Below the pieces are notes generated by a model, which ran no database searches, had not been told where the DNA came from, and saw only the letters and a program-made list of their open reading frames with translations. A stretch of DNA of 64,000 nt from Octopus sinensis (lineage: Eukaryota): positions 13,454,001 to 13,518,000 of the forward strand of contig NC_042997.1 of NCBI RefSeq assembly GCF_006345805.1, written 5' to 3'. Made by a program: the position numbers and the translations under genes. Position 1 is the stretch's first letter. Each line of letters begins with the position of its first letter. Below are positions 11,411-24,812 of the stretch, in pieces.

Positions 11411-11734
11411 TTCCCTTATTGTTCGAGTCTTTGAGTTCAAATCCCGCCTTTGTCAACTCTGCTTTCGGGGTCCATTAAACGAAAATACCAATATCATACT
11501 AGGATCGATGTCATTGATTAACCGACCCTTATAGCTCTGATAGTATTAGTGGTGGTGGTGGTGGTGGTGGTTTTGGTGCTGGTGTTGGTGGAGGTGGTGG
11601 TGATGGCAGTGGCGGTGGTTGTGGTTGTGGTTGTTGTCGTAGTTGTATGTTAGCTACATGGATGGAACTGCGGCGAGAACAATGGCTACGGAGACTGTTT
11701 GCACGTGTGTGCGCGTGCGTGTGTCTGTGTCTGA

Positions 11735-11834
11735 NNNNNNNNNNNNNNNNNNNNNNNNNNNNNNNNNNNNNNNNNNNNNNNNNNNNNNNNNNNNNNNNNN
11801 NNNNNNNNNNNNNNNNNNNNNNNNNNNNNNNNNN
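11735..11834. other. Assembly gap (100 N)
   Basis: Run of exactly 100 n, a typical scaffolding placeholder. Confidence 0.98.
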
Positions 11835-11994
11835 ATAATTTCTTCAGTTTATCGAACTTTGTTATAGGAAAAACATACAATCCTCGAAGCCAATATAATC
11901 TTTATTCTTCCAGAATATTGTTTTTTTTATACCTACCACGGACTGCTCGAAGGCTGCAAAGTACCTACACACATACACACACACACATACTTTT

Positions 11995-12145
11995 CTAATC
12001 TAGGTACAAGGCCCGAAATTTTGTGGGGGAGGCCAGTCGATTAGATCGACCCCAATGCGCGACTGGTACTTAATTTATCGACCCCGAAAGGATGACCTCG
12101 GTGGAATTTGAACTCAGAACATAAAGACAGACGAAATACCGACGT
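11995..12145 (-). mobile_element. SINE family C, partial
   Basis: ctggtacttaatttatcgaccccgaaaggatga..ggaatttgaactcagaac is the reverse complement of the family C core. Confidence 0.8.
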
Positions 12146-12230
12146 GCTACACACACACATACACACATACACACACAGATACACGCACACACACGCGCAC
12201 ACACACACAAACAAACATACATAAATATAT

Positions 12231-12264
<34 letters not shown>

Positions 12265-12362
12265 TGGTCAACGGGGTGGCGTCATTTGAAGGCTAAAACA
12301 ATGCGAAGCGCATTGTGACCAGCGATGTGTAGCAAACTCTGATAGCCTGGTCGGTCATGGTG

Positions 12363-12418
<56 letters not shown>

Positions 12419-12421
<3 letters not shown>

Positions 12422-12710
12422 GTGATCTAATCGATAAGCATCAGGACTCTTGCCGTAGTAACGAATCTAAAGCACGCAGAGTTAAACCGCTTGGGGCAAA
12501 AATTGACTTGAACTCTGTTGTGCATGCGCACTAAGTTTTAAAATTCTAACTCACTTCCACTGTTTACAACCGTGCATGGAAAGAAAGTGTGTACCGTAAG
12601 ATCGTCACATTGATAAAGGCAGAGAAAGTTGAAGAGAGAATCTGCATCGAGTTTTGCCCCAAAGCTTGGCGGTACCTGCTCAGAGTCCTACGCAAAGTTT
12701 TCAATAAGTT
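12419..12710 (+). mobile_element. mariner-like transposon 5' relic
   Basis: Starts at a TA at the end of (TA)n. Encodes AEKVEERICIEFC, resembling the mariner N-terminus (EQRxCIKFC). Confidence 0.6.
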
Positions 12711-12974
12711 TTCAAAAAGCTCTCGACACAATCAAGGAGATCTTCTGCAACTAGAACCCCAATGTATTTTTGGTCTGCTGAAAGTAGTTTTGGCACACAC
12801 TTGGCACCCATATGTACATACATATTTCATGTGTTGAGAAGGGAGGATTACTGTAGTAGATCGTATTTTGCTTTTTATATTTTTTTCTGTAGTTTCAGCT
12901 CAGAGCTGCGGGCATGCTGATGCAAATTATAATAATTATACACACACACACACACACACACACACCCACACACC

Positions 12975-13023
<49 letters not shown>

Positions 13024-13024
<1 letters not shown>

Positions 13025-13236
13025 AATAATAAATATTAGGGAATATATCCAATTTACAGGGAAAAAAAATCAGATTTAGGATTAAATCCAATTTTATAGT
13101 AAAATATTATAAAATATTATTTGAGACAAAACCACTATTTTGCAAAACAAACAAGGAAAGACTTATCATACATAAAATTTATAATTGATTAAGTTTTCCT
13201 TGTTTGTTTTGCAAAATAGTGGTTTTGTCTCAAATA

Positions 13237-13246
<10 letters not shown>
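13024..13246. repeat. Fold-back element in (TA)n
   Basis: Perfect inverted arms of about 51 bp at 13108-13159 and 13195-13246. Confidence 0.85.
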
Positions 13247-13277
<31 letters not shown>

Positions 13278-13904
13278 ATAAATATTTTATATATAAAGAA
13301 CGTGAATACAGGAAGGGACAAACACGGAACACAGACAAATCATTCGAAGCCTTCAATCTTCAGTCAGACACCGAATCATCATAGCAAATTTCGGCTGTTC
13401 AATTCTGATATTTGCTCCAACTCGGCAGCCCCAAGAAAAAAAACTAAGCTGTAAGCATTAGATTTCTTGGTAGAAGACAGGAATGTGAACGCACAAGACG
13501 GATGTAAATACGAGAGACGAAAACGAAATTGAAAACGGTAACGGTTAAACAAAATATAATATAACGGTGGTTGTCATACGACTTTAGACCAAATGAGACA
13601 AAAACAACAACAACATAGCAGCTGGCGTAGAAATAATTACCTTTTCGGTAGAGGGGACAAATACAGATGTTGGCGAGATACGATCGCCAACGAAATGGTG
13701 GAGAAGCAGCAGGTTGCAGGGGAGAGAGAGAAAGAGAGACAGAGAGAGAAGGGATTGAGGAGGATGGGAGGAAGAGGGGGGAAGAAAAAAGGGCGCCAAA
13801 ATAGTTTGGTCAAGAAGCAATGGTGGACAGGAAAGAAAGATGTCGTGCAGAGTTTAAAATTGTGATAAACAAACGGGGGGGGGGGCACGTAACGCCGCAA
13901 TAAT

Positions 13905-13947
<43 letters not shown>

Positions 13948-14673
13948 CAGCACGGACTTTTGTCCGTGCAGAGATGCAGAGATGCAGCACGGACTTTTGT
14001 CAGTGAACAGGTCGCGGATTTTAGCGACGAAAATGTTTTGACAAATTAAACTTTAATTTTGAAGTGAATCGAACGGCTTTTATGTTTCTTAAATGACATT
14101 CAAACACCTTCCTCGCTGCAATTGTTTTCGTTTCAGCACACGATCTCAGATCACTTGCTCCGTAATATATATATATATATATATACATATAAATATGCGA
14201 TATGTTTTCTATTGAGGGCTTCAGATAAAGGTTCACAATAAGTGGGTTAGAGCTTATATTAATACCTGTGATATCAGTCGGTACTAAAAGGAATAAATTT
14301 CCAGGTATTAATCAAGATACTTTATTATTTTCCGTTACTTTTTGTTTATCTAGTTGCTGAAATCCTGCGGTAAGCGGGGAGAGGGTTATGGTCAGTCCCG
14401 TAATCTAATTGGTCATTTATTGTTTTGAAATGTCATGACTTTGTTATGGTTGGTTAATGGATAACCGATAACATAAACAACAAACTAGGCAAAAATATAT
14501 AAATGGATATAAATAAAAAAAAAAACAAATAATTCAAGGTTAGCTATTAGTAGGTGGGATAGTAAAAGTCAATAAAGAAAATGATATAGGGTTTCTTGAC
14601 TCTATTATATTATGTAAATTAAGTTATGTTACATTACGAAAATATAAGTAAAATATGGATGAATTTATATATA

Positions 14674-15091
14674 CAGGAGTGGCTGTGTGGTAAGTAGCTT
14701 GCTAACTAACCACATGGTTTTAGGTTCAGTCCCACTGCGGGGCACCTTGGGCAAGTGTCTTTTGCTATAGCCCCGAGCCGACCAATGCCTTGTGAGTGGA
14801 TTTGGTAGACGGAAACTGAAAGAAGCCCGTCGTATATATGTATATATATATATATATGTGTGTGTATGTTTGTGTGTCTGTGTTTGTCCCCCCAACATTG
14901 CTTGACAACCGATGCTGGTGTGTTTACGTCGCCGTAATTAGCGGTTCGGCAAAAGAGACCGATAGAATAAGTACTGGAATAAGTACTGGGCTTACAAAAG
15001 AATAAGTCCCGGGGTCGAGTTGCTCGATTAAAGGCGGTGCTCCAGCTTGGCCGCAGTCAAATGACTGAAACAAGTATAAGAGTAAAAGAGT
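14674..15091 (+). mobile_element. tRNA-derived CORE-like SINE family A, near full length
   Basis: A box TGGCTGTGTGG, B box GGTTCAGTCCC, CORE-like CACCTTGGGCAAGTGTCTT, internal (TA)/(TG) microsatellite, tail gaaacaagta..(aaagagt)n. Confidence 0.9.
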
Positions 15092-15200
15092 ATATATATA
15101 TATATATATAGGGAAAGTTAACGAAAAAACAAGAGACGAAGACAGGTGGTGTACAAAACAAGCTGATGTATTAGTATAACGCTCAGGAATAGAAAAAGTC

Positions 15201-15234
15201 TTTTACGTTTCGAGGCTACGCTCTTCTACAGAAA
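15201..15234 (-). ncRNA. Minimal hammerhead-like motif with CUGUAGA core variant
   Basis: UUU CUGUAGA A GAG cguagc CUC GAAA CG UA AAA, inside the repeat 15110-15234. Confidence 0.55.
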
Positions 15235-15251
15235 TATATATATGTATACAT

Positions 15252-15447
15252 ACTGTTGTGTCTGAGGAGAGTCATTTCCTTTTTGTGCCTTATAATGTAA
15301 CACAGTCACCGGTAAAATTTCCACTTATAAAAAATTAAAAAATTAAAAAAAAGGAAAATAAAAATAAGAAATAAGAGGAAATTTTACCGGTGAGTGTTTT
15401 ACATTATGAGGCACAAAAAGAAAATGACTCTCCCCAGACACAACAGT
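15252..15447. repeat. Fold-back element in (TA)n
   Basis: Imperfect inverted arms of about 77 bp (15252-15328 and 15371-15447) around an A-rich spacer. Confidence 0.85.
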
Positions 15448-16359
15448 GTATGCTTCAACACACGAACGAATCTTGCAAATCAAATTCAAAAACGATATAT
15501 ATATGTATGTGTGTATTTTAGGTTAAAGTGATATTACTACAACTACATATGAAAGATAAGTTATTACAAATTTATCTAAAATATACAGTATATAATAACA
15601 CATGTATCTATATAATTAGGGGAATCATTTGTATATTTACTAAACCATATGGGTAATATAGAGTTAAAATTACATGTTGGAAGTTATTTGGATCAAATTC
15701 AAATAGAATAAATACTAGGCTTAAAAGAATAAGTTCTGGGAGCGATTTGCTCGCCTAAAAACTTTCAAGGCGGTACTCCAGCATGGCCACAGCTAACAGA
15801 CTGAAACAAGTAAAAAAATCAAAGTATTAGCATTAATCTGATTTTTATTGACGCAAATGCGTGTGAATGTGTGCATGATGATATATGTGAGTGTATTTAT
15901 AGACGAGTGTGTGTATGTGTGTGTATACACACATATACATGCGTAAACACATGGGAAAAGCAACAAATAGGTCATAGAAAACACAGTTAGAACACACACA
16001 AAGACACATTTTTTCGTCATAATGAACCAGCTACTTTATGAAACGTGACATAATTAGATTTTAGCAGTTGAACTGGAAGCAGATAAAGCAATAAATATAA
16101 AATAGTATGCAAATCTTGAGTTAAAAGCCTTTGGGATACAGAAGGTCGTAGGTTTCCCCTAAATGTATAAATGTAAGTATACGTACACACACATGTATAC
16201 ATGCGCACGAACACAGACTGAAATACACACATACCCATATATGCACACACACAGATACATACGCACACGCACATCCACATACGCACACAGAAACACATGC
16301 TCACAAACACACACATACATGCACATATACATGTATGCATATACATATGGTTTGGTTCT

Positions 16360-16558
16360 TGTATTTGTTTCAGTTTGACTACGGCCATGCTAGAGCACCG
16401 TCTTTAGTCGAACAAATCAACCCTAGGACTTATTCTTTGTAAGCCTAGTACTTACTCTGTCGGTCTTTTTGCCCAACTGCTAAGTTACGGAGATGTAAAC
16501 ACACCAGCATCGGTTGTCAAACGATTGGGTGGGGGACAAACAGACACAAACATATACA

Positions 16559-16609
<51 letters not shown>

Positions 16610-16810
16610 GACAGGCTTCTTTTCAGTTTCCGTCTGCCAAATCCACTCACAAGGCTTTGGTCGGCCTGCGGCTATAGTAGAAGATACTTTCCCCGGATGT
16701 CACGCAGTGGGACTGAACCCTGAACCATGTAGTTGGTAAGTATGAAAATTTGCCATTAAGACGTTACATAGAGAGGTCATACAACTTGCCACACAGCGAC
16801 TGCTGCGCCT
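16360..16810 (-). mobile_element. SINE family A
   Basis: Reverse complement of 14674-15091, with a short insertion in the head. Confidence 0.85.
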
Positions 16811-16839
16811 AAAACATTTTTAATGATTTAAGGATTTAT

Positions 16840-16840
<1 letters not shown>

Positions 16841-16933
<93 letters not shown>
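16841..16933. repeat. (TAGA)n microsatellite
   Basis: Seen directly in the sequence. Confidence 0.98.
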
Positions 16934-17721
16934 TTCATTTTGTATATGTACATGTACCGGTAAATATGAATATATTTTTGCTCATCGGATTTTCACTAAA
17001 ATCTTCCACTTCGGCACAGTAACAACACAAATAGTTTCAGTGCACCATTGGATTTAAGAAAAATCCAGAAGTGAAATTGTTTTTGAAAAGAACAAAAACC
17101 TCGATCCAATTAGATCTCTCTCGTTAGAACGAAAAAAAGTTGACAACAGATATGCGAGGACATGCGGTAGATTAAAAACAATGATAAGCAAATATATACA
17201 TTAAATAGGAAGTTGTATTGACTTAAAAACAAAACAAGTTCTAAATAGTGGGGAAAGGTTGTGACGTACGAGACGAGACCGAAAATTCTGAATAGACGTT
17301 GAAAGTCCTTCGACTCTAAGGCGCAGGAAAGAGAAATAAGATTTCCTGAGAAAAAATACAATAAAGGAGAGACAGACAGACACAAAGGCAGGGAGAGAGA
17401 GAGAGAGAGAGAGACAAAGCAATGAGGGCAATGTGTTGAATCAAGGATAACATTCAAAGGCTTGAAATACGTATGGGTAGACAAAAGAGCAAAGTAATAG
17501 AGAGAAAAATTACAGAGAAACAGGATTAAATTTAAGACGAGATGGGAAACCGTCACAGAGAAAAAATATCATTGCTTCATACTGTGCGACAGAAGGAAAA
17601 CTACGATAAAATTACGTACATTCAAAACCAAACGAAAAGGCTAAAGAAAAAGACAGGTAAGTAACCTCTCTCTCACACACACACACGCACACGCGCATAC
17701 ACACACACACACACACATACT

Positions 17722-18059
17722 GAGACCCCCTTCGTTCACGACACAGACCATGGGATTGCACCTAGAAAGTTACCCTCCCAGGCACAAGTCCGGGCAAGAT
17801 TGTTTATGGAAGACCAGCAATCGCCCATGCATACCGGCTGCACCTCTTCACACCACCAGTGTTATCCAAGGGAAAGGCAAAGGGGCCGATACAGCTTGGC
17901 ACCTGTGACGTCGCAACTCATTTCTACAGCTGAGTGAACTGGAGCAACGTGAAATAAAGTGTCTTGCTCAAAAACACAACACGCAGCCCGGTCCGGGATT
18001 CGAGCTCACAACTTCACGATCGTAAGCTCGACGCTCTAACCACTGAGCTATGCGCCTTC
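17722..18059 (-). mobile_element. tRNA-derived CORE-like SINE family D, full length
   Basis: Minus strand: TAGCTCAGTGGTTAGAGCG..CTCGAATCCC head, then CORE-like TTGAGCAAGACACTTTATTTC. Near-identical copy at 61714-62045. Confidence 0.9.
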
Positions 18060-18434
18060 ACACACACGCACATATATATAAACACACACACACACACATA
18101 TATATGTGTGTGTGTGTGTGTATACATAGTATAGATACACATACACACACTACAAACTCACACGCACCCATACGCACACACGCATATCCTTCACGCACAC
18201 ACACATATCCTTCACGGATTTTAATTGAAGTTCCAATGTTTCGATCTTCTGGTGAATTAACAACAGTGTTATTAGCTTCAGCGTACCAGCTGATTTAAAG
18301 GAACACATCCTGCGGAAAGGGTTATTGGGGGCAGATCAATTACAAAGTATATGTCCAGCAAGTTGTTGCAGAGTGTTTTATATGATGCTAAATCAGGGAA
18401 TCGTAAGGTGATCAGATAAATCTTCTCTTACATT

Positions 18435-18740
18435 CCACGAGGAATGTGAAGACGCAGGCTGGAAAGCAGAGCATTTTCCAATCGAAGTCGGATGTAGAGG
18501 ATTTGTTATCGTTAGACCTAACTCATCGTAAAGTCAATACCACCATGACCGATATCCAAACTACAGTAGAGAAGGCTGGCCACTGGGTTTGGTTAAAAAG
18601 AGACGATGAGCCCATACACTCATGAGCTGGCTTCCGGTATGCGGAGGTTTTGACTGGTAGCACTTGCATGTGCAAGTTGTTTGCAATACAGACTCGGCTG
18701 TCCATGTGACTGTAAATCAAGAAGATCCGATCGATGAATA
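18435..18740 (+). mobile_element. 3' relic of an RLE non-LTR retrotransposon (HERO-like)
   Basis: Translates to EECEDAGWKAEHFPIEVGCRGFV and TVEKAGHWVWLKRDD, matching the PIEVGCRGF..WxWxKR C-terminus I recall for the HERO clade. Confidence 0.75.
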
Positions 18741-19456
18741 TATATATATTATTCTTTTACTTGTTTCAGTAATTTGACTGTGGCCATGCTGGAGCACCAC
18801 ATTAAAGGATTTTAGTCGAAGAATTCGACCCCAGAATTTATTCTTTGTTAGCATTTATACTTTGTAAGTATTTATTCTATCGGACTCTTTTGCCGAACAG
18901 TGAAGTTACTGAGACGTAAACACACCAACATCTGTTGTCAAACGTGATATTGATTTGTTTCAAGGTTCCAAGGCAAGCAACCGCATACATTACGTGTGAG
19001 CATTGATATGAGTCGCATACGACTGCAGCTAGAAGTTCATACGTCGTTTTTCGGCCATCTTTGCAAAATGCATCTCAAAACATGTATTTCACGCACTCAC
19101 ATGCACACACACAAACACAAACAAACACACACACACGCACACACATATATATGCATTCATATATACTAACTGGAAACAAAGTATACCACGCGCACTCAGA
19201 GTGACGAAAATACTCGTCTGGAAAAAATAACAAAAAATATATAAGAAAACCTGATACGCCAGATGAGAATTGGACGTTTCGGATAATAAATCTATCAAAG
19301 CGTAGAAAGAAGTTGTTGAAAAAATGAACTGAGAACTAGGAAAAATAAAAGATATATACTATCAAAAATTATGTCAGTTCATATGGCAAGTTTCAGGTAG
19401 AAAGTAAAATGGGACCACCAGAAGTGGAAATGCAGTCTAAGTCGGAGTGAGACGAA

Positions 19457-19522
<66 letters not shown>

Positions 19523-20130
19523 GAATAAGTAAGAAGAGTGAAAAGGAGAGAGTGAAAATGAAAAGCGAGAGGAAGGAGAGAAGAATAACGAAAGAAATAA
19601 GAGCAGTGTGATTGAACTAGCATGAAGGAGTAAGAACTTTCGCAGGAGGCTCACTATACCGATGGTTGTGTATGTGCCTGGATATGTGGGATAGATTCGT
19701 TGTAGGAGAGATGTAGCTATGTGCAATGCATTTATTTTCCTGCGGATTGGATCTTGCTATGTATGTTTCAAATCGCCGTGATTTGTGATTAATTTGTGGG
19801 CCTCTTGGGCAACACCCAAACATAGAAACTGTTCCTAACTGTAACCTTCACAATATGCAAATCATTTTTATTTACTTATCATAAAGAAACAATATGATTT
19901 TGCTCAACACAGTTCTCCAGGAACTAGTAACACATTAGCACATTATATTTGTTCATAAACACACACACACACACACTCACACAAATAAAGACACTTATAC
20001 GCATACACACACAATCGCACTGATAGACACAGGCGCGCGCACACACACATATATATATGTGTGACCGCGTGTGTATCGTTGGCGATTTTCTTTCATCGTC
20101 TTCCCTTCCGTGGACCTTTCCATTTTCTAT

Positions 20131-20165
20131 GTTTCTGACGAAGAGCTCTACTCGAAACGTTAAAT
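20131..20165 (+). ncRNA. Minimal type I hammerhead-like motif
   Basis: GUUU CUGACGA A GAG cucua CUC GAAA CG UU AAAU, inside a ~205-bp microsatellite-embedded element (20055-20262). Confidence 0.7.
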
Positions 20166-20259
20166 CCTCCTTCTTTCTTTCCTTTCCAGAGCGTCCAATA
20201 ACACTATACTTGTTCCACGTCCTCGCGTTGTTGTGTTTTCTCTTTGTTCATGTTTGGAT

Positions 20260-20303
<44 letters not shown>

Positions 20304-20342
20304 CACACATATATATATACATACATACACACATACAGACAC

Positions 20343-20419
<77 letters not shown>

Positions 20420-20530
20420 CATATATATATATGTATGTATATACTCTTATGCAGATACGCATATGTACATAGCCATACACGCACATATATTTATTCATAC
20501 ATATACACCATATACCCCTATACATATATT

Positions 20531-20584
<54 letters not shown>

Positions 20585-21557
20585 CACACACTAAGTATTA
20601 TTTTAGGTTTTTGTTATTTTTTTGCAATCAACTACATTTATTTAAAAATATCCTCGAAATCTGTTAAAAATTCTCACGGACGTTGTAAGTTGAAAAGTTT
20701 AATATTGAAATAGTCGTTTGACAAGTGAAATGTAAACTAGAGAAGACAGTAGAACGGTAAAATAAATATTAAGAAGGCGAAATATTTCATTCATAATGTG
20801 AACAGTTCAAGTTAGTTACTTTAGTTACATGAATTTCTGGAAGGCTGAAGTCACTTCGGAATGTGAAATCAGCCATCTGAAAACATTGCAAATCGATAGA
20901 CACTCAAACAGCTGCATGTACAACAATTAAGATGCGGTGTCTTCTATAAACGGAAATGATTGCAAGCGAAATTTTGTTCACAGTGCTGCATCAATAGCAC
21001 TGTATATTGCAAATTTTAGAATAACAACGAAATGAGACTGCCGTGGAAAAGTTTCAGAATAAACTGTTGGAAGCCAGTGCAAGTTGTTGTATAGGGTTGT
21101 TTTTGTAGTTGTTGTCTTCGAAGGAACAGAGGTTTTCTGCAAGCAATAATATTGTGTGGTATTTCCATGAAAAGAGAAAGTGTAACTTAAAGGGTGTGAT
21201 TATGTCACCATCGCAAAAGTAACAGCAACCAAAATTATATACAACACGCTTTATACTGCCCGAGGACTTTCTTTATTTGACATTCTAGTTATATCATACA
21301 CTGATTCAAGATAAATTGGTCTTGCTGTTTAGCAAACTAATTTTCGACATTGAATGGCTGTTACTGTCAAAAGCGAATGTATATTCCATATATTCCATAG
21401 TGGTAAATGTAGATGGATTCACTGTTCCTGTAGAAATACAAATAAATTATGGAATCTATTAAAGGCAAAACAATTATTTTCATTTCTTAACCGGTTTTAT
21501 AATAACATATTACACATATAATGCAGAATTTCTATTAATATTATTATTATTAAGGCT

Positions 21558-22010
21558 AGGGCGGCGAGCCGGCAGAATCGTTAGCACGTTGGACAAAACG
21601 CTCAGCGGCATTCCGAGTTCAAATTTCGCTGAGGTCGACTTTAGCTTTCATCCTTTCGGGGTCGATAAAATAAGTACTAGTTGTTTACTGGGGTTGATGT
21701 AATCGACTTCATCCCTCCACTAAATTGCCTTGTATCAAAATTTGAAACGAATAGTATTATTAATGTTGCGAGATTTCGACGAGGTCAACGTTGCCTTTCA
21801 TCTTCACGGTCGATGAAACAAGTACCAGTGGAGTACTGGGGTCCATTTAATCGAATATCCCACTTCCTTCAAATTTCAGGCCTTGAGCCTATAGTAAAAA
21901 GGATTATTAAGGCAGGAAGTTAGCAGAATCCCTAGCAGAGCGGACAAAATACTTAACGGCATTTCTCTCGACACTTTATGCTCTGAGTTCAAATCACACC
22001 GAGATCGATT
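21558..22010 (+). mobile_element. Tandem SINE family C units after (TTA)n
   Basis: Three partial C units in the same orientation. Confidence 0.8.
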
Positions 22011-22029
22011 GTGCTGGTAGAAGAGTGTA

Positions 22030-22510
22030 GTAAGATGATAATCAATTCTGTGAATTTGAAATTACTGAAAAGCGGTTGGGCATGACCTGCAAGGTATTAT
22101 TGTGAAATATAATTACATGTTATGGAATTTCTCTCTAGAAACCGATTATACTATTAGAGTAGGGAGACAAGACATGATTGTGCAGAACAAAAAGAGCAAA
22201 GGACATCGCATGATCGTAGAGTGGATATCAAGGAAACTGCGAAAATTGAGAAATGTAAGGATCTACCCAAAGAGACGGCAAGATTGTGGAACGCAAGGCT
22301 GAAAATTTTCGTGGAGAAATTGGTGCACTCAGCACAAAAACCACACTGCTTCCTAAGCGACTGATGGATACACGTATTTTCAACATGGAGAAAAATTTCA
22401 TTCCCTATTTTTCCAGAACCCTAAGAAGTATTGGTACGGTTTGAGTTTGCTGTTGCCAAACCTCAGAGAACACCTTTACTAATTAAATTAGCCAGTGGCA
22501 GATTTGGGTA
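22030..22510 (+). mobile_element. Decayed 3' end of an R4/Dong-like LINE
   Basis: LWNFSLETDYTIRVGRQDMIV resembles the LWDFxIQTD..RPDIV RLE motif; ends at taataat. Confidence 0.6.
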
Positions 22511-22514
22511 ATAA

Positions 22515-24270
22515 TGTGCATAGCTCTAATATCCCTAGCAATTGAACTTAACAGAATAGGGTAAGGGTATGAAATTGATGATAATAAAATAAGTCATCTA
22601 TTTTATATGACTGACTTAAAACTTTACGGCAAAGAGAAAAATAAGCTTGGATGTCCCTTACGTGCTGTCAAAGCATTCATCGGTGACATTGGAATGGACT
22701 TTGGCTTTGATAATTGTGTCAAGACCACTTTCAAGAAAGGTAAATTGGAGACCACAAGTTCAGTCGTGTTAGATGTCGATAAATTTATACAAAAATTTGA
22801 ATAAGAACAAATCTACAAACACCTAGCAATAAATGAAGGTGCTAACATTCAACATGCAAGCATGAAAGAGATCAGAAGGAGTGCTATAGGAGAGTTCGAG
22901 CAGTCTCTAAACCTGAGCTAAATGCACTTAACGAGTTATTAGTCATAAATTCCTAAGCAGTTCCACTTGTTACTTATAGTTACAATGTGTTGAACTGGAA
23001 TATCACGGAAGAAAACTGACAGAGAAATATGCAGGCTGCTGAGTTGCAATGTGATGCACAACCCAATGGCAGACGTGGATCGTCTTTTACTTCCCAGAGA
23101 CCAAAGTTTGATCTAATTTGAACTCTCTTACAAAACCACTGCAATTGGACCGGCCAAATAGCATGAAGCAAAAAAATGGGCGGATGCTAAAACTTGTTGA
23201 AAATTACGAAAGGCGTAAGAAGCTCGATTCTGTCATAGAGGAGAGCAAATTTTTTCTGTTCATCTCATACATGATACCCAGGCTGTTCAACCTGAGGTGA
23301 GTATGGCAACTATTGTTGCAAAGAAGGTGAAGTTAATGGTAGAAGAAAAACTGCACGAGTAATTCGCTGATAGGTGGGAATGGAAACCTTTGCATGGTAA
23401 GTATGTGGTCCGTAGCAAACAAGCAGATGTAGGCCAGTGGCACATACATCAGTGGCTACGAAGCTCGGGGATAAAGTTAGAGCGCGAAGACTTATTCATA
23501 GCTCCTCAAGATGAAAGCTTATTCACCCGGAACTATCAAGTCAATGTTATGAAAATTTAAGTAACTCCAAGATGCCAGTTCTGCAATGATGCAACTGAAA
23601 CAGTGGACCACTTAATCTCTGGATATAAAATTGGCCAATATCTATAATGGTTAATACGTTGGCATTATAAAATCAAAACTGCCGACAAGTAGTATAATAA
23701 CCAAATAACCACCCTGAGACTGTAAGTGAGGGAGAAAATATAGCGATTTTCGAGACGTTCCAGTACATATAGATCGAACAACAAAAGATAATAAACTGGA
23801 TATTGTTGTGGAAGACCAAAACGATATTGATTCATATGAGTATTACGTGTGATCATAATATCTTGGCAAAAGAATTTAACTAGCGCAGAAAATATAAAGA
23901 TTTGCTCATTGAAATTAAAACTATGTGACATGTCAAAGCAATTACAGTACTAGTGATTGTAGGAGAGCCTGGAATGATCAAGAAAAAAAAACTGAAAATT
24001 ATTTGAGAATTATCCCTAGTTTACCATTCATGCAAGAAGTCCAGGCGATTGTTTTAATTGGTACGTCACGCTTACTGGGAAGAGCAGTGTTGATGTGAGA
24101 ACGATTACCACCCATATTTCTTCCCCACATAACATCAAATTATGTTGAAAATGAAGAATCTGGTGCGTTTAGTTTAATGCCCTATGAATGTATACAGTGA
24201 GCTTCTTTGCACTAATAGCCAGGAAGACGTTCGGCAACAAATGGAAACAAAATTGAAAGAAGAAAAACTC
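22515..24270 (+). mobile_element. 5'-truncated, pseudogenised R4/Dong-like LINE (RT + CCHC + RLE)
   Basis: KISHLFYMTDLKLYGK (YMDD motif decayed), IGMDFGFDNC, CQFC..ETVDHLISG, NKLDIVV. 3' UTR ends in (TAA)n. Many stops and frameshifts. Confidence 0.9.
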
Positions 24271-24459
24271 ATAATAATAAGTTGCTAGTAAAGAACGCTA
24301 GCTTTGGCTTACGGACGGAAACCTGGGACGAGAGATCGAAACACTAATACCGAAAATGACATAGCCTCCGCTTCTTAGTGTTGGCTAATCTTCCAAATGC
24401 TGTAGGTGCTAGGGGACCATATTCTGATGCATTTGATACTGAACTACTGCTAAACACCA

Positions 24460-24759
24460 CATCATTGAAATCGAAAATATGTGCCATCTTAAGTCGATTA
24501 CAACACTAGTGAATGTAGGAGCACTTGGAATGATCGAAATTTGGGAATGATCCCTGGCTTACAATTCATGCAAGAAGTGCGAAAGATTTTTCATCTGGTA
24601 CGTGATAATCGTTAAAACTTTATTTGATCTTGAAAAACAATCAGCCTGGTGTGTTTATTTTAATGGTCAATCAATGTATATAATGAAGTTCTTTGCCCTA
24701 GGTATCAGGAAGACAATCGGCAAGAAATGGAAGCAGAATTGAAAGAAGAAAAACAAATA

Positions 24760-24760
<1 letters not shown>
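24460..24760 (+). mobile_element. Second 3' fragment of the same R4/Dong-like family
   Basis: Aligns with 23900-24270 (IEIENM..VGALGMI; cggcaa.aaatggaa..aattgaaagaagaaaaac). Confidence 0.8.

Positions 24761-24812
<52 letters not shown>

Noticed and set aside
19626-19662. Degenerate hammerhead on the minus strand (AUAGUGA GC..GC GAAA GUUC UU)
   Set aside because: Too many core mismatches to distinguish from chance.
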